Assembly (NCBI RefSeq): GCF_000039765.1 | Contig: NC_004459.3 | Coordinates: 420,001-452,000 of the forward strand | Length of the DNA stretch: 32,000 nt | DNA from: Vibrio vulnificus CMCP6 | GTDB taxonomy: Bacteria > Pseudomonadota > Gammaproteobacteria > Enterobacterales > Vibrionaceae | Direction of reading: 5' to 3' | Shown here: piece after piece, positions 30,093 to 32,000 of the stretch | Numbering within the stretch: the stretch's first letter is position 1 | How the letters are laid out: every line of letters starts with the position of its first letter | Program-made: the position numbers and the translations under genes | The notes under the pieces: generated by a model | The model's input: only the letters and a program-made list of their open reading frames with translations | The model's database searches: none | What the model was told of the DNA's origin: nothing

Positions 30093-30701
30093 ATGGTACT
30101 AGTAGGTCGTCAAGCCCCTGATTTTACTGCAGCTGCTGTTCTAGGTAACGGTGAGATCGTTGATAACTTCAATTTTGCAGAGTTTACTAAAGGTAAGAAA
30201 GCTGTTGTTTTCTTCTACCCACTAGACTTCACTTTCGTTTGCCCATCTGAACTGATCGCATTCGACAACCGTTACGAAGATTTCAAAGCAAAAGGCGTTG
30301 AAGTGATCGGTGTTTCTATCGACTCTCAGTTTTCTCACAACGCATGGCGTAACACGCCAGTTGAAAATGGCGGTATCGGTCAAGTTAAATACCCTCTAAT
30401 TGCTGACGTTAAACACGAAATCTGTCAAGCGTACGATGTTGAGCACCCAGAAGCAGGCGTTGCTTTCCGTGGCTCTTTCCTAATCGACGAAGATGGTTTA
30501 GTACGTCACCAAGTAGTGAACGATCTACCTCTAGGTCGTAACATCGACGAAATGCTACGCATGGTTGATGCACTGAACTTCCACCAGAAGCACGGCGAAG
30601 TATGTCCTGCTCAATGGGAAGAAGGTAAAGCAGGTATGGACGCATCACCTCAAGGTGTTGCAGCGTTCCTATCTGAGCACGCAGCTGACCTTAAAAAATA
30701 A
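30093..30701 (+). CDS. prx2: Typical 2-Cys peroxiredoxin (AhpC/Prx1 family, Prx2-like); no adjacent ahpF
   Basis: 202 aa with the peroxidatic Cys in DFTFVCPSE and the resolving Cys in GEVCPAQW. An AGGAG SD lies upstream, and the gene is divergent from oxyR2. Confidence 0.93.
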   Translation: MVLVGRQAPDFTAAAVLGNGEIVDNFNFAEFTKGKKAVVFFYPLDFTFVCPSELIAFDNRYEDFKAKGVEVIGVSIDSQFSHNAWRNTPVENGGIGQVKYPLIADVKHEICQAYDVEHPEAGVAFRGSFLIDEDGLVRHQVVNDLPLGRNIDEMLRMVDALNFHQKHGEVCPAQWEEGKAGMDASPQGVAAFLSEHAADLKK

Positions 30702-30817
30702 GGTTCTTTAACGCCCGAGCTCAAACGGGTGAATGGTTGGAAACGCTCAAAGAGCGTAATAAAACAATAGATTGCGGAAACCGCAACGCGCCAATCAGTA
30801 TAAAGTAAAGTCCTTCC

Positions 30818-30851
30818 AAAGCCCGATGCATTGCATCGGGCTTTTCTTTTT
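30818..30851 (+). terminator. Rho-independent terminator of the peroxiredoxin transcript
   Basis: GCCCGATGCA / TGCATCGGGC 10-bp stem followed by TTTTCTTTTT. It lies about 120 nt downstream of the stop codon. Confidence 0.85.
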
Positions 30852-30962
30852 CGCACAAAACACCCTCTTAAACCCGGTAATTGAAGCGAAAAAGTTTACC
30901 CCTATTCTTCACCATGCTCCTGCTATGATGAACCTCTGTTCTCTCTATTCAAACGAAAAAAC

Positions 30963-31715
30963 ATGAGTTACCAAGTCGAAGTTTGTATCGATAATATCGA
31001 ATCTCTACACAATGCTCTTGAAGGTGGCGCAACTCGGATTGAGCTTTGTTCTTCCCTCGCATTAGGTGGGTTAACCCCTAGTTATGGGTTTATGACCCTT
31101 GCGGCAAAATTGTCGACGGTTCCGATTTACGCCATGATCAGGCCAAGACAGGGAGACTTCTTATACAGCGATGATGAATTTGCGATCATGCAGCAAGATA
31201 TTTTGTCCGCTCAGCAAGCAGGCTTACAAGGCGTGGTATTTGGCCTGCTGACAGCAGATGGCGATATTGATGTCGCAAGAACCCGCATATTGGTCGAACT
31301 CGCCCACTCGCTACAGCTTGGCGTAACTTTTCACCGTGCTTTTGATCAATGCCGAGAACCTTTTGCCGCTTTGGAGCAGATCATTGACCTTGGATGCGAG
31401 CGAATCTTAACTTCCGGGCTTGCCGCCAGCGCGCCTTTAGGTAAAGAAATACTGACTCAGCTCGTGGCTCACAGCCAATCTCGCCTCGCTATCATGGCTG
31501 GCGCAGGTGTCTCCCCTGTTAACGTTGCCGATCTGGCACTGACAACAGGGGTTAAAGAAGTGCATCTTTCAGGCAAGAGCACTCGCCCAAGCAAAATGAC
31601 CTTTATTGCTTCTGACAGCAAGATGGGCGCAGCGGACCAAGACGATTTTATTATCCCGATTACCCATACAGCCACCATTCGCAATACCGTATTAGCTCTC
31701 AAATCAATCAGCTAA
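30963..31715 (+). CDS. cutC: Copper homeostasis protein CutC family (TIM barrel)
   Basis: 250 aa. The segments [11 protein letters not shown]...[31 protein letters not shown] and VTFHRAFD align with E. coli CutC. Confidence 0.88.
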   Translation: MSYQVEVCIDNIESLHNALEGGATRIELCSSLALGGLTPSYGFMTLAAKLSTVPIYAMIRPRQGDFLYSDDEFAIMQQDILSAQQAGLQGVVFGLLTADGDIDVARTRILVELAHSLQLGVTFHRAFDQCREPFAALEQIIDLGCERILTSGLAASAPLGKEILTQLVAHSQSRLAIMAGAGVSPVNVADLALTTGVKEVHLSGKSTRPSKMTFIASDSKMGAADQDDFIIPITHTATIRNTVLALKSIS

Positions 31716-31723
31716 CTGCCCGA

Positions 31724-31768
31724 ACGCCCTCCTTCAATGCTATGATTTAACAAAGCAAAGGAGGGCGT
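31724..31768 (+). promoter_or_regulatory. Hairpin that sequesters the ppk2 Shine-Dalgarno sequence
   Basis: ACGCCCTCCTT (31724-31734) is the exact reverse complement of AAGGAGGGCGT (31758-31768). The second arm contains the ppk2 SD and ends at the base immediately before the ATG at 31769. The loop is 23 nt. Confidence 0.5.
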
Positions 31769-32000
31769 ATGGGAAAGCTGAAAAAAAAGTTCTATGAACA
31801 AGAACTCGAGAACTTACAAATTGAGTTAGTCAAACTTCAAGAATGGGTTAAGCATAAAAAACTCAAAGTCGTCGTCATTTTTGAAGGGCGAGATGCCGCT
31901 GGTAAAGGCGGTGTTATCAAACGCATTACTGAAAAACTGAATCCTCGCGTCTGTCGTATCGCAGCATTGCCTGCTCCGACAGAGAAAGAAAAAACGCAAT
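31769..32000 (+). CDS. ppk2: Polyphosphate kinase 2 family protein, N-terminal 77 codons; continues beyond the window
   Basis: Translation reads MGKLKKKFYEQELENLQIELVKLQEWV...VVVIFEGRDAAGKGGVIKRITEKLNPR. This includes the PPK2 Walker-A-like FEGRDAAGKGG motif. The SD AAGGAGGG lies 4 nt upstream. Confidence 0.88.
   Translation, partial: MGKLKKKFYEQELENLQIELVKLQEWVKHKKLKVVVIFEGRDAAGKGGVIKRITEKLNPRVCRIAALPAPTEKEKTQ

Overview
This window looks like a conserved chromosomal core segment of a Vibrio-like gammaproteobacterium, judged from gene content, gene order and protein sequences. I call 32 protein genes, two of them truncated at the window edges, and most lie on the minus strand. In coordinate order they are der (partial), bamB, yfgM, hisS, ispG, rodZ, rlmN, ndk and pepB. 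Next comes the complete isc cluster, transcribed iscRSUA-hscBA-fdx-iscX. It is followed by trmJ, the divergent suhB, secF, secD, yajC, tgt and queA. After queA come a stand-alone secreted S1 serine protease with a GlyGly-CTERM sorting tail and a CBS-pair protein. The glyoxylate-shunt genes aceB-aceA, a divergent OxyR2-type regulator / 2-Cys peroxiredoxin pair, cutC and the start of ppk2 complete the window. I saw no tRNA, rRNA, CRISPR array, transposase, integrase or phage gene. I also see no convincing novel multi-gene system, because almost every gene is housekeeping. The only gene that looks accessory is the GlyGly-CTERM protease (23316-24506). The non-coding features most worth a second look are: (1) a ~590-bp AT-rich spacer upstream of aceB holding a 29-bp nested palindrome and two copies of a 14-bp dyad; (2) an 11-bp perfect hairpin that pairs an anti-SD-like sequence with the ppk2 ribosome-binding site; (3) a structured ~150-nt 3' region after the peroxiredoxin gene; (4) two LysR-type ATC-N9-GAT-like boxes in the oxyR2/prx promoter. 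Several ORF-track entries carry spurious N-terminal extensions (rlmN, iscR, trmJ, suhB, tgt, aceA, aceB, oxyR2, iscX). I trimmed these using homolog N-termini and SD positions.
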